Part shown: positions 18,244 to 27,423 of the stretch, one piece after another
Position numbering within the stretch: position 1 is the stretch's first letter
How the letters are laid out: every line of letters starts with the position of its first letter
Source of the DNA: Chthoniobacteraceae bacterium
Lineage (GTDB): Bacteria > Verrucomicrobiota > Verrucomicrobiia > Chthoniobacterales > Chthoniobacteraceae
Length of the DNA: 64,000 nt
Assembly (NCBI GenBank): GCA_037190965.1
Contig: JBBCKI010000034.1
Coordinates: 1-64,000, forward strand
Direction of reading: 5' to 3'
The notes under the pieces: generated by a model
What the model was told of the DNA's origin: nothing
Databases searched by the model: none
Seen by the model: the letters and a program-made list of their open reading frames with translations, nothing else
Program-made: the position numbers and the translations under genes

Positions 18244-18741
18244 ATGAATAGTTGCGTGCGAGATTTACACTCACCGCAAGGTTGCCCGTCTGATAGCTAT
18301 ACTCCCGACATCGCTGCCGAGATTGATACGCTGGAGGATCAACTAAGCGAGCGGTTCGAGCACCACAAGCCAAGCCGTAAGCTCATCAACGAGTTCGCGG
18401 GGTGGCACAGGTCCGAGATGGAGGCTGCTGAAACTGAAGGGCTATCGAAAACCCTCGCTCGCGTCATCGTCTGGCTAATCAAGCGAGACAACGCGCAGAT
18501 GGCCGCTTACTGCATGGCTTTCGCCGCCGGGCTGGATGAGCTCAACGGAATTAGTATGACTGCGGTGGCTGAAAAGCTCGGTGTTACTCGGGCCGCAATC
18601 TCGAAGGGAGCAAACGAGTGCTGCGATGAACTCGGGTTACCAAGAATCACGAAGTATATGCGCTCCGAGCAAGCGCGGGAGAACTGCTCAGCAGCTCAGA
18701 ACAAAAATCACTGGAGGAAGAATGGAATTAACAAAAACTGA
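18244..18741 (+). CDS. HTH protein with sigma70 region-4-like C-terminus (candidate late regulator)
   Basis: GISMTAVAEKLGVTRAAISKGANECCDELG; located between the replication and packaging modules. Confidence 0.6.
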   Translation: MNSCVRDLHSPQGCPSDSYTPDIAAEIDTLEDQLSERFEHHKPSRKLINEFAGWHRSEMEAAETEGLSKTLARVIVWLIKRDNAQMAAYCMAFAAGLDELNGISMTAVAEKLGVTRAAISKGANECCDELGLPRITKYMRSEQARENCSAAQNKNHWRKNGINKN

Positions 18742-19339
18742 CGAACTGCCAATCTCAATTCCTGGATTCAGGTTTCAAAAGACCGGGCTTCAGATCGACG
18801 AGGCGTTAACGGAAGATGACTGGAAGAGCGGGCTTTCGCTTTTACAGCGCGCTGAGGAGTCACTTCGATGGTGGGTTGGGGACTGGGTTGCTTTTGGCGA
18901 GAAGCGGTATGGGAGGACGTACGAGGAAATTGAGCAGATCACAGGATTAAGTCGCGGCAGCCTTTGGAATGCGGCATACGTGAGCGGCGCTGTCGAGCCC
19001 TCACGTCGACGTGAGGATTTATCCTGGAGCCATCACCAGGAGGTTGCAAAACTTGAGCCAGAAGATCAAATGAAGTGGTTGGAGCTCGCTGAGTCTAACT
19101 CAATGACCGTTCCCGATCTCCGCGCCTCGATCAAGGCCGGTGAAGTGGTCAAGGCAGCTTCACGCGCCTCTGGAAAGATTGGTACTATTCAGGCAATTCA
19201 CTTTGAGTTCGTCCAGTGGCGGAAGAAGATCGAAACCAAGACCATCGATTGGACGCCGACGCAATGGCTCGGCGTTCTAGATGAACTCAAGCCGATTGTT
19301 GAATTTTACGAGCAAGCGAAAGCGAGGGCAGGGATATGA
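18722..19339 (+). CDS. LmbU-family-like DNA-binding protein
   Basis: WWVGDW...GEKRYG...YVSGAVEPSRRREDLSWSHHQEVA. Confidence 0.75.
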   Translation: MELTKTDELPISIPGFRFQKTGLQIDEALTEDDWKSGLSLLQRAEESLRWWVGDWVAFGEKRYGRTYEEIEQITGLSRGSLWNAAYVSGAVEPSRRREDLSWSHHQEVAKLEPEDQMKWLELAESNSMTVPDLRASIKAGEVVKAASRASGKIGTIQAIHFEFVQWRKKIETKTIDWTPTQWLGVLDELKPIVEFYEQAKARAGI

Positions 19340-19839
19340 GGAGTGAATCTTCAATGAAAATCGGCCTATTTAAGGCGCTTCAGGATGCTGGCATTAGAAG
19401 CATCCAAGAGTACTGCTTGTCGGATAAGTGTATTTTTAGGACAAGGCGTCCAGAGATGGTCTTTGCTGATTTGCTTGCATTTTCCCCGGATGGGGAGTCG
19501 AGCGTGTTCATTGAGATAAAGGATAGCAATGGCACACATTCAATAACTCAAGCCGTTGGCCAGTGCTTGCTTTATAGGCAGTTTCACCCTGAGTCTGCCG
19601 TTGCTATCGTGGTCCCAAATTCGCTAAGGGTTGCCGACATCGCTCAAAAGCTCTGCGAGGATCTCGATATAATGCTTTGGAGTGATTCCAGGGCAGTTGA
19701 CGAGATTAGATCACTCTTCGGAATGCCCACCACTGATGAGGCTATGCCTTCAGAGGAATTCCTCCCCAGGAAGACAATGCGGGTCTTATCTACTCTCGCC
19801 TTCCTGTTTCCTGAAACTCAATCCGCGTTAGCTAAATGA
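19336..19839 (+). CDS. PD-(D/E)XK nuclease-like protein
   Basis: ADLLA...FIEIK...QAVGQCLLY. Confidence 0.6.
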   Translation: MRSESSMKIGLFKALQDAGIRSIQEYCLSDKCIFRTRRPEMVFADLLAFSPDGESSVFIEIKDSNGTHSITQAVGQCLLYRQFHPESAVAIVVPNSLRVADIAQKLCEDLDIMLWSDSRAVDEIRSLFGMPTTDEAMPSEEFLPRKTMRVLSTLAFLFPETQSALAK

Positions 19840-20339
19840 AAACTATCCTATTCCTTTTCGCAGTCGCCGGGGTTGTCGTTCTGATTGCTCCGTTCATAAA
19901 GGATGATTTGGATGGAGGTGCGGCATGAGAGAGCTAATTCAAATAATCCTGATGATCCTGATTGCGTTGTCCGCTTGGGTGCTTATTGGCTACGGCAGGT
20001 TCTGCGTATTTCGCGAGCTTCACCCAACTGCGCCAGTGTGGATGTTCTTCCTTAAATAAATATGCAGGGGGATGTTATTCAATCACTCCAGGCACAAAGA
20101 CCCGGAAAGGAATGGGAAGAGTTCCAGAATATGATTCTGCGGAACGCCATAGGGAGTATTGCTTCTTCGGGTGAGATCCATCAACGGCCTGGCACGGTTC
20201 CTGAGGTGGTCGAAAATCGACAATGCACCCCCGGTAAGGAATCTATTACCCTTGGGGCACCCCATGCAGGTTCAAAGGCCAGCGAGAGCTTTTCTTATGA
20301 ATGAGAATTCTCAGAAACGTTTCACAAATTAATTAGGAA

Positions 20340-20852
20340 TTGGCCGCGCCCTCTACCAAAAAGCGCCGCGTCGGGAGGCCTTCGAATCCCGATGCTTTGA
20401 GCTTCGATAGTATGCTCGCAGCGTGTGAGCATATCGGCGGCGATTGCACGCCGGAGCTACTGCGCGCGGCCAAAAAGGCCGGATGCGGAGCTTTTCGCAA
20501 TGGCCGGATCTACGTCAAAGAACTGTCGGACTGGCTGAAAAACAATGAGGGCAAGACCGCAAATCCCTCCAGCAAGGAGGCGCTTCAGATTGAAAAGCTA
20601 AAAGAGGAAGTGGCCCGTCTTCGCCGGGAGAATGCCATTGAAGATAGCCGTTACGTTTCGATTGAGGAGCACAAGCAAATTAACGCCAAGATCGACGGAG
20701 AAATCCTGACAGCGCTCGATGACGTCTTCAGTGATGGTCTCATTCACGACCTCGGGGGGCAGGACTTCGCAGGGCGTCGTGCCATGATCGACGATGCGCT
20801 GGCTACCGTTCGCGAGAAGATCCATGCACCCTCTAGAGCTGAGCCGTCGTAG
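20340..20852 (+). CDS. Terminase small subunit (putative)
   Basis: Basic N-terminus plus coiled coil (IEKLKEEVARLRREN); overlaps the terL start. Confidence 0.7.
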   Translation: MAAPSTKKRRVGRPSNPDALSFDSMLAACEHIGGDCTPELLRAAKKAGCGAFRNGRIYVKELSDWLKNNEGKTANPSSKEALQIEKLKEEVARLRRENAIEDSRYVSIEEHKQINAKIDGEILTALDDVFSDGLIHDLGGQDFAGRRAMIDDALATVREKIHAPSRAEPS

Positions 20853-22686
20853 ATCGTATGCCCCGAAAGATAGGCGTTCTCAGCGGGAGTGGTCATCGGG
20901 AATCAAGCTGCCTGCGGCCTATTCGATCACGGGACCATTTAGTCTAGGTCGCTCCCCATGGCTGTATCGCCAGTGGGAAGCCCTTGATGATCCCCGTGTT
21001 CGGGAGATCACCTGCCTAGCTGCGCCTCGCACAGGCAAAACAATGGGCGCTGACATCTTTTTCGCCAAGAAGATGGCGACGGAGTCGATGCCGATGATGT
21101 TTAATCTCGGCAATGACAGCGATGCAGAGGAGCACGCCACGACGCGTTTTATTCCCCTTCTCCGCTCAATCCCTGACGTCAGACGTAAGTTCACTTCGAG
21201 CCCTCACGACGTTACCAAAAAGCTGATTCGTCTGATTGACGATAGCTTCATCGTCATTCAGGGGGTTGAGAACCCGAAGAACTTCGACGGGAAGGGCATC
21301 TGCTATCTGGTCAATGATGATTGCCACAAAGCCAAGAAAGGCAATCTCGGGAAAGCAAAGAGCCGAACGGGCGACTTCAGGCGCAAGTGCAAAATCATGA
21401 ACATCGCCCAGGGCGGGGTCGCTGGCGACGACATGGATATCGAGTATCGGCGAGGCACCCAAGAGGCATTCGGCTTTAGGTGCCCGAAGTGCGACAGGCT
21501 TCAGGCTTTTGAGTGGAGAACGTCAGAGGGCGAGTTTTGCATTAAATGGGACAAGAACGAAACCACGTTCCCGGGCGGTCGCTGGAACTATGACGAGATG
21601 GCGAAGACCATCCGCTATGAATGCTCCAATCCCGACTGCGATCAAATCTTTCGCGACACGGAGGGGGATAGGCGCATTCAGACCTACGACTGTGGCGAGT
21701 TTCTTCCTCCCGCCAATCCGTTTGCCCCACGCGACACCGTGAGCATCACTTGGAATCAACTCTGCGTGCCATGGGTCCCATGGAAAGAGATCGTCATCGA
21801 CTGGATTGAGGCTATGGAGGCCTACGAAATTGGCGACTCAACCAAGCTGATGAACTTCATTCAGCGGCGGCTCGCGCAGAATTGGGAAGACGGCGAGATG
21901 CGGTTCAAGATGGACGACGATGCACCGCAGAGCGACTATGAACTAGGCGACGCGTGGCCGGATGAGAAGGAACGTTTCCTGTCTGGCGACGTGCAGCAAA
22001 AGGGAGGTCGGCATATCATCTGCGTGGTCAGGGCATTTGCCGAGGATGGCCGGTCCAGAGCCCTTTGGGCAGGGAGGCTTGAGTCTTTCGAGGAGGTAAA
22101 AGCAAAGCAGGAGGAATTCCAAATTCTGGGAAAACGAGTTGGGTTGGATTGTGCTCACGACTCCTCGGAAGTAGAGGCGGCCTGCGCGAAGTACGGATGG
22201 ATCGCAATGCTCGGCAATGATGGGATTAGCTGGCCATGGGAGGATGAGAAAACCGGAGGAAAGATTCAAAAACCGTTCGACTCAGGGAAAAAGGTATGGA
22301 CTGGCCTTGGAACAAGGGAGCAGGCAAAGCACCGCTTTTGCTGGCGCTTCCTGTGGTCCCGCCCGGTATTCAGCGACATCCTTCAGCGCCGATTAAGCGG
22401 AAAGTCGATCTATTACGGCGTTCCTGGAGACATCGCGGCATCATCAAGCTACCGCGATCCAAATCACCCAGACGAAGAGAAATTCACCTCCTACTGGCCG
22501 CAAATGCGATCTTGGCAGAAGATCAATAAAAGGAACAAGGAGACCGGCGTCGAAAAGCCGTTGTGGACTCGCATCGGAAAGCGGCATGACCACTACCGCA
22601 GTGCCGAACTAATGGCGCTTGTGATGGCCGGGATTGCTGGCTGTCTTGGCGGGGAGTCGCACTCCCGCACAGAATCACAAAGTTGA
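20824..22686 (+). CDS. terL: Terminase large subunit, lambda GpA family
   Basis: SPWLY, Walker A PRTGKT, CPKC...YECSNPDC zinc motif, nuclease GDVQ and LDC motifs. Confidence 0.92.
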   Translation: MHPLELSRRRSYAPKDRRSQREWSSGIKLPAAYSITGPFSLGRSPWLYRQWEALDDPRVREITCLAAPRTGKTMGADIFFAKKMATESMPMMFNLGNDSDAEEHATTRFIPLLRSIPDVRRKFTSSPHDVTKKLIRLIDDSFIVIQGVENPKNFDGKGICYLVNDDCHKAKKGNLGKAKSRTGDFRRKCKIMNIAQGGVAGDDMDIEYRRGTQEAFGFRCPKCDRLQAFEWRTSEGEFCIKWDKNETTFPGGRWNYDEMAKTIRYECSNPDCDQIFRDTEGDRRIQTYDCGEFLPPANPFAPRDTVSITWNQLCVPWVPWKEIVIDWIEAMEAYEIGDSTKLMNFIQRRLAQNWEDGEMRFKMDDDAPQSDYELGDAWPDEKERFLSGDVQQKGGRHIICVVRAFAEDGRSRALWAGRLESFEEVKAKQEEFQILGKRVGLDCAHDSSEVEAACAKYGWIAMLGNDGISWPWEDEKTGGKIQKPFDSGKKVWTGLGTREQAKHRFCWRFLWSRPVFSDILQRRLSGKSIYYGVPGDIAASSSYRDPNHPDEEKFTSYWPQMRSWQKINKRNKETGVEKPLWTRIGKRHDHYRSAELMALVMAGIAGCLGGESHSRTESQS

Positions 22687-22706
22687 CACCCAGCCATCTT
22701 TTGATG
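22682..22706 (+). promoter_or_regulatory. Late-gene element GTTGACA-N15-ATG
   Basis: GTTGACA CCCAGCCATCTTTTG ATG. Confidence 0.6.
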
Positions 22707-22976
22707 GCGGCTTACCAACCCAGCGGGCTATTCAAATCACTCACACTTTCTCAAGTCGCAGCAATACAGGCTCGCGCCGTTGAGATGCTTTCCGCTGGAC
22801 AGGTGATCATGTCCGGATCCGTTGCCGGCCAAAACTTCACTGGCCAGCTTACAATGCCAGTGAACGAGGTGCTCGCAGAGTGCAATTACGCGCTTCAGTT
22901 TTTGACTGGATCAGGCCTGGTTCGCCGAGTTCGTTCCGACTTCAGCAACCGCAGGGGGGAGCGCTTTGAATACTAA
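22704..22976 (+). CDS. Head-tail joining protein, gpW-like (positional)
   Basis: Small ORF between terL and portal; the ATG at 22704 is preferred. Confidence 0.65.
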   Translation: MAAYQPSGLFKSLTLSQVAAIQARAVEMLSAGQVIMSGSVAGQNFTGQLTMPVNEVLAECNYALQFLTGSGLVRRVRSDFSNRRGERFEY

Positions 22977-24489
22977 GGCCCCCGCGATCAATCGCAATTG
23001 GCTTGAGAGAGCCATTGACGGCACAGTCAAGGCGTTCTCCCCTGCACGGGCCGTGAGGCGGCATAATGCTCGCACCGCGCTGGCCCATCGCGCAGCCCGC
23101 CCGAGCGGAGACCGAGAAATGGCGTCAAGGACGCCAATGCACCCGAATAGTTCCGTTGTCCAGCGGGATCGCATCTCGTTGATGATGGAGGCCCGCGATC
23201 TTTCCGAGAACGTCGGTTTCGTTAAAGGGCACCTCCGGAAGGTGCAACTCTACGGAGCTGGAACACTCTCTTACGAGCCCGATACAGGCGATTCCGGCAT
23301 GGATTCGGAAATCTCTGGCTTCCTTGCCAATTGGATGCCGCGTGCTCATGTTGGCCTCTCGCACACTTTCACGCGACTGATTCAGCTTTCATTGGTCTCC
23401 ATGACCCGCGACGGAGATTCAATGCTGGTATGGGTCCGAGACGAAGACGCCCTGCGTCTACAGATCGTCGAGGCTGACCAGATTGGAGAGCTCCACTCGT
23501 ACAGAAACACCCCGGGCTACGTTTCCGGTGTATATATCAACCCTGACTCCAGCAAGATCGGGTACAAGGTATATGACAGGATTGCCGACATGCAGTATGG
23601 CAATCCTCAGTTTATTCCTGTCCAGGATGCGCTATTCTTTGCTGACCCGATCCGAAACGCGGTCCGATCGATCACCGCCTACGATACATCAATCGAGAAC
23701 ATCAGGGATAAGTTCGAGATCCTTGGATATGAAAAGCTCGTAGTCAAAGACATCTCCACAGAGGGAATCGTCACTTACACTCAGCGCGCCGGGGCAGATC
23801 GATTTGATTTTGACGACACAAAGCAAAGTGGCGATGGTGTCCAATCCTATATTCGTCGAATTGGCGGGGTCGTACGTGAGTACATGGGGATCGGCGAGAA
23901 GTTCGATGTCATCCCCCACAACAGACCCAGCCCGACATTCCAAGGCTTCATAAAGACCCTAGATATCGAGGACTGCCACGGCCTTAATTTGCCTTATGGC
24001 TTCCTGGTTGACCCATCAGAGCCAGGCGGTGCCGCAGTGCGAATCGTGGCCCACATGGCAAACCGAGAGTTTGGGCGCGTTCAGAATGACGTTCTCACGC
24101 CGAACTTAAACACGATCCGCGACATTGTTCTTCTGGATGCCGTAGATCGAGGGGAAATCTCACGGCATCGAGGAATTCGTAACGGAACGTGGATGTTTCC
24201 CCCTCCTCCTACCGCAGATATCCAGCGGGAGAGCGACATCGCCATCCGCGAAACGCGCGCTGGCCTCAGCACATACACCGAGCAATTCGCAATCTACGGC
24301 CAAAATCGCGCGCGCCAGTGGAAGATCAAGCAGCAGGAAATCATTGATCGCCATACGCTAGCGCATGAAGCGACTCAGGCCCTTCAGGCAAAGGGAATCA
24401 ATGTCACCGTCTCGCCGGATGAAATCGCCGCAATGAGCGAAAACCCTGCTGCGGCCCAGAATCCGAGCGCTCCAGCAAAGAAGGCATAG
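22966..24489 (+). CDS. Portal protein, lambda family
   Basis: ARDLSEN, RDGD, LQIVEADQI and RPSPTFQGF motifs; 507 aa. Confidence 0.92.
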   Translation: MNTKAPAINRNWLERAIDGTVKAFSPARAVRRHNARTALAHRAARPSGDREMASRTPMHPNSSVVQRDRISLMMEARDLSENVGFVKGHLRKVQLYGAGTLSYEPDTGDSGMDSEISGFLANWMPRAHVGLSHTFTRLIQLSLVSMTRDGDSMLVWVRDEDALRLQIVEADQIGELHSYRNTPGYVSGVYINPDSSKIGYKVYDRIADMQYGNPQFIPVQDALFFADPIRNAVRSITAYDTSIENIRDKFEILGYEKLVVKDISTEGIVTYTQRAGADRFDFDDTKQSGDGVQSYIRRIGGVVREYMGIGEKFDVIPHNRPSPTFQGFIKTLDIEDCHGLNLPYGFLVDPSEPGGAAVRIVAHMANREFGRVQNDVLTPNLNTIRDIVLLDAVDRGEISRHRGIRNGTWMFPPPPTADIQRESDIAIRETRAGLSTYTEQFAIYGQNRARQWKIKQQEIIDRHTLAHEATQALQAKGINVTVSPDEIAAMSENPAAAQNPSAPAKKA

Positions 24490-24514
24490 GTTGACACGCC
24501 TCACCTACTGAATG
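24490..24514 (+). promoter_or_regulatory. Late-gene element GTTGACA-N15-ATG
   Basis: GTTGACA CGCCTCACCTACTGA ATG. Confidence 0.6.
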
Positions 24515-25444
24515 CCCAAAGAATCGAAACCGCTCACGCAATTCCGCGCGCTTCCAGGCCCTGGCGCAATCGATCCCGAGGCTGGACTCATTAAAGGCGT
24601 CTCGGTTATGACCATCGGCCCGGCATTGGGCCACGGGATGGTGATTGATCGCAAAGGGCTTGAGCAATGCTTTAGCGCCTGCCAAAGCTGCGGTGACGAC
24701 GGGGTTAGCCTGATCATCCGTCATAGCGATGAAAATGGCGTTGAACTGAAAGACATCGTCGGCGCAGTCAAGAATTTCCGAATAGATGGCGAGCAGCTTT
24801 TAGGCGACGCGTATTTGCTGGATAGCGCGCCGGAAAGAACTCGAATTTTGGAGATGGCAGCAAAGCTCCCGAAAAACTTCGGATTGTCCGTGGAGACGAC
24901 CGGAGAACACGAAGCAGTACCTAACTCCAAGCAGAAACTTTACCGATGCGATGGCATTGACGCTATCGCGCTAGTGCCGAAACCGGCGGCCAACAAGACC
25001 GGGATATTCAGCGAAGTTGACAAACCCCAATCAAGTATGGACCCCGAAGAGATCAAAAACGCCATTGTCGAAGGCGTAGCCGCCGCAGTTGAGCCGATCA
25101 AAGATGAGCTTTCCAAGCTCGGAGATCGACTCTCAAAACTCGAAGAGCCCGAAAAGAAAGACGATGAGCCGAAGACCGACGAAGAGAAGCTGGAGAAGCT
25201 TGCAGCGAAGGCCGCAGAAGAGGGAGCCGAGAAGGCGCTCACGCGGTTTGCTTCTCAGATTGGCGTGAAGCGAGCGCCCAAGGCCGATGACAACCACAAC
25301 TCCCATCGAAAGCTCACGAGGTTTGAGGCAAAGGTCGAAGAGCTGACCAAGCTCGGCGTACGCAATCCCAATGCCGTGGCCGTCCATAAGCATCCTGATC
25401 TCTACGAGGAGTACCGTATCGGCCTCGAGAAAGGGGGCAACTAA
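24512..25444 (+). CDS. Prohead protease with C-terminal scaffold domain
   Basis: GPALGH...RH...FGLSV...LVPKPAAN protease-like N-terminal half and a charged helical C-terminal half. Confidence 0.75.
   Translation: MPKESKPLTQFRALPGPGAIDPEAGLIKGVSVMTIGPALGHGMVIDRKGLEQCFSACQSCGDDGVSLIIRHSDENGVELKDIVGAVKNFRIDGEQLLGDAYLLDSAPERTRILEMAAKLPKNFGLSVETTGEHEAVPNSKQKLYRCDGIDAIALVPKPAANKTGIFSEVDKPQSSMDPEEIKNAIVEGVAAAVEPIKDELSKLGDRLSKLEEPEKKDDEPKTDEEKLEKLAAKAAEEGAEKALTRFASQIGVKRAPKADDNHNSHRKLTRFEAKVEELTKLGVRNPNAVAVHKHPDLYEEYRIGLEKGGN
25016..25039 (+). promoter_or_regulatory. Internal late-gene element GTTGACA-N14-ATG
   Basis: GTTGACA AACCCCAATCAAGT ATG; the ATG at 25037 is in frame with the protease gene. 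Confidence 0.55.
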
Positions 25445-25824
25445 TGGGAAATTCCTCCCAACGCATTGAGGGCAGCTTTATCACTGTCGCGGTCGGCGCA
25501 TCCCCCATCTCGGCGTACAGGCGAATCAAGCTCGGAACCGATGGCAAGTATGTTGTTGCCGGTTTGACTGACTACGGGGATGCGGTGATTGAGCGCGACG
25601 CAAAAGCCGATGAAGTTGGCGTACCTGCCCGCCTCGTTAACGCCGAGGGTACGCAGTTCGGAATCGCAGCTGGGGCAATAGCCTCCGCAGGCCTTACGCT
25701 GTATTCAGCTGCCAGCGGGGAAGTCAGCACCACGCAGGGCACGAACGCTGTGATTGTCGGTAAATCGAGTGCTGCCGCCTCCAACGGCGACGTCACAACC
25801 TACATCGGAAAATCGGTCGCCTAA
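25444..25824 (+). CDS. Head decoration / capsid cement protein (DUF2190-like)
   Basis: 126-aa Gly/Ala-rich beta protein directly before the major capsid gene. Confidence 0.7.
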   Translation: MGNSSQRIEGSFITVAVGASPISAYRRIKLGTDGKYVVAGLTDYGDAVIERDAKADEVGVPARLVNAEGTQFGIAAGAIASAGLTLYSAASGEVSTTQGTNAVIVGKSSAAASNGDVTTYIGKSVA

Positions 25825-25838
25825 CCTTAGGATAAACT

Positions 25839-26822
25839 ATGTCTTTTCGTTCCACTATTTCCGCAGCGCCTCGCGAGGAGATTAGCGCCGCCATCATGGA
25901 GGGCGCGTCTCTAAACACCCAACTGATTTGGGATAAGGTGTTGCCGCCCTTGGGGCTCAATGATCGCACCGCTCACCTGCCGAAGCTAACCATTGCAGGC
26001 GCAGAGCTGATGCGAATCGTAACGGAGATCACCGCGCCTGGCACGAATGTGCCGCGCATGACGGCAACCATTGGCGACTTCGAGATGGCCACGGTTAACC
26101 GCAAGCAGGAAATTGGCATCCCGCTTGAGGATGAGATGACCTACGCCAAGTTGTTCAGCCTGGAGACGTTTTACTCCCGGATCCTCGGGCAGAAGATGCT
26201 ATCGCTTACGCTGGAATACTACGCAGCCCAGGCGCTCTTCAGCACTGCAAACTTCGGTTCGGCCACGAACTCTCTTGTTGCCTATACCAGTGGCAACAGC
26301 GATACAATCTCGCTTATCGCCGATATCCTCGCCGCGCTCAACCGCGTGAGAGACAACGGGGAAGAGCCCGACACCGTGATTATCCCGGCGCTCGTTCTGG
26401 AGCGTTGCAGCCAAGGCAAGCTCGTTAAGGAGTTTGTTGTTGGCCAGCTTTCTTCCGGGTCCGACGTGACGGCCACGTCGATTGAAAACGCCATCAATAA
26501 GCAGGGCTACAACATCAAGGTGCATGTCGGACGCGCTCAGTACAACTCAGCGCCCAAAGGCAAAAAGGCCCTCGCCCGCATCTGGCAGAATACCTACATC
26601 TGGGTTGGCCGGGCTGGTTACCGCAACAACACCAGCGATGAGGGCATTCCGATCATTGACGGCGTCGGAGCTACTGCATTCTGGGAGCCTTTCGGCCTGA
26701 TGAGCGGCGAGACCTACGAAGACAAGCCCAAAGATGAGCAGGTTGTTCGCGGCAAGACGTCGGGAACCCCCGCAATCTTCAATTCCAACGCTGGAACCCT
26801 CATCGCAACGCAGTTCTCCTAA
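25839..26822 (+). CDS. Major capsid protein (HK97 fold, lambda gpE-like)
   Basis: 327 aa, gene position, EPDTVIIP and IW-type motifs. Confidence 0.8.
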   Translation: MSFRSTISAAPREEISAAIMEGASLNTQLIWDKVLPPLGLNDRTAHLPKLTIAGAELMRIVTEITAPGTNVPRMTATIGDFEMATVNRKQEIGIPLEDEMTYAKLFSLETFYSRILGQKMLSLTLEYYAAQALFSTANFGSATNSLVAYTSGNSDTISLIADILAALNRVRDNGEEPDTVIIPALVLERCSQGKLVKEFVVGQLSSGSDVTATSIENAINKQGYNIKVHVGRAQYNSAPKGKKALARIWQNTYIWVGRAGYRNNTSDEGIPIIDGVGATAFWEPFGLMSGETYEDKPKDEQVVRGKTSGTPAIFNSNAGTLIATQFS

Positions 26823-26825
26823 GCC

Positions 26826-27032
26826 ATGTCAAAAGACCAACAGAAAGCACCCGAGCCCGCAAAGGCAGAAGCCAAGGAGGTTTTCTACGAGAATCTTCGC
26901 GATGGCGAACTCTACGCCCTTGAGATCGTAGAGGGCGATCCCCACGGAAAGACGCACAAGGCTCGCAACGAAGCGCACTTTTGGGAAGGCACGATGGCCG
27001 AGTTCAAGGCGAGCTTCGACCGAGTCGACTAA
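26826..27032 (+). CDS. Small head-module protein
   Basis: 68-aa ORF 3 nt after the capsid stop. Confidence 0.65.
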   Translation: MSKDQQKAPEPAKAEAKEVFYENLRDGELYALEIVEGDPHGKTHKARNEAHFWEGTMAEFKASFDRVD

Positions 27033-27051
27033 GTAGCTTCCTCCGCACCAC

Positions 27052-27094
27052 GCGCCGGGCCGGGTTTTGCATGTTTCCCCGGCTCGGCGCTTTT
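27052..27094 (+). terminator. Intrinsic terminator-like hairpin after the head genes
   Basis: GCGCCGGGCCGGG...CCCGGCTCGGCGC followed by TTTT. Confidence 0.65.
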
Positions 27095-27099
27095 GCTTT

Positions 27100-27423
27100 A
27101 TGTCGACTGAGTTTCAAAACTTTATCAAGGCGGGATTCCGCGCATCCTCCCGGGTATTTTCGAATACGGATGACCCGAAGGTTGTTGAGTTCGGAGACAA
27201 GACCGCCGAGATCGTCAACGGCACATTGCGGGCATCCCGCGAGATGAAGAACGCAGGAATGCAGACCAACTTTGATGAAAGCTGTGTTCTGATTCTGGAG
27301 GAATTCCAAGCGCTCGGGGCGACATTCAACGATGTGGTTAAGATCGGTGAAAGAATGCTCGAGATCAAAGATATTGAATACGCATCTCCCCTGGTTGTGC
27401 TGATGCTGAAGGCACCAAGATGA
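27100..27423 (+). CDS. Head-tail connector protein (putative)
   Basis: Position and size; ATG at 27100. Confidence 0.55.
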   Translation: MSTEFQNFIKAGFRASSRVFSNTDDPKVVEFGDKTAEIVNGTLRASREMKNAGMQTNFDESCVLILEEFQALGATFNDVVKIGERMLEIKDIEYASPLVVLMLKAPR

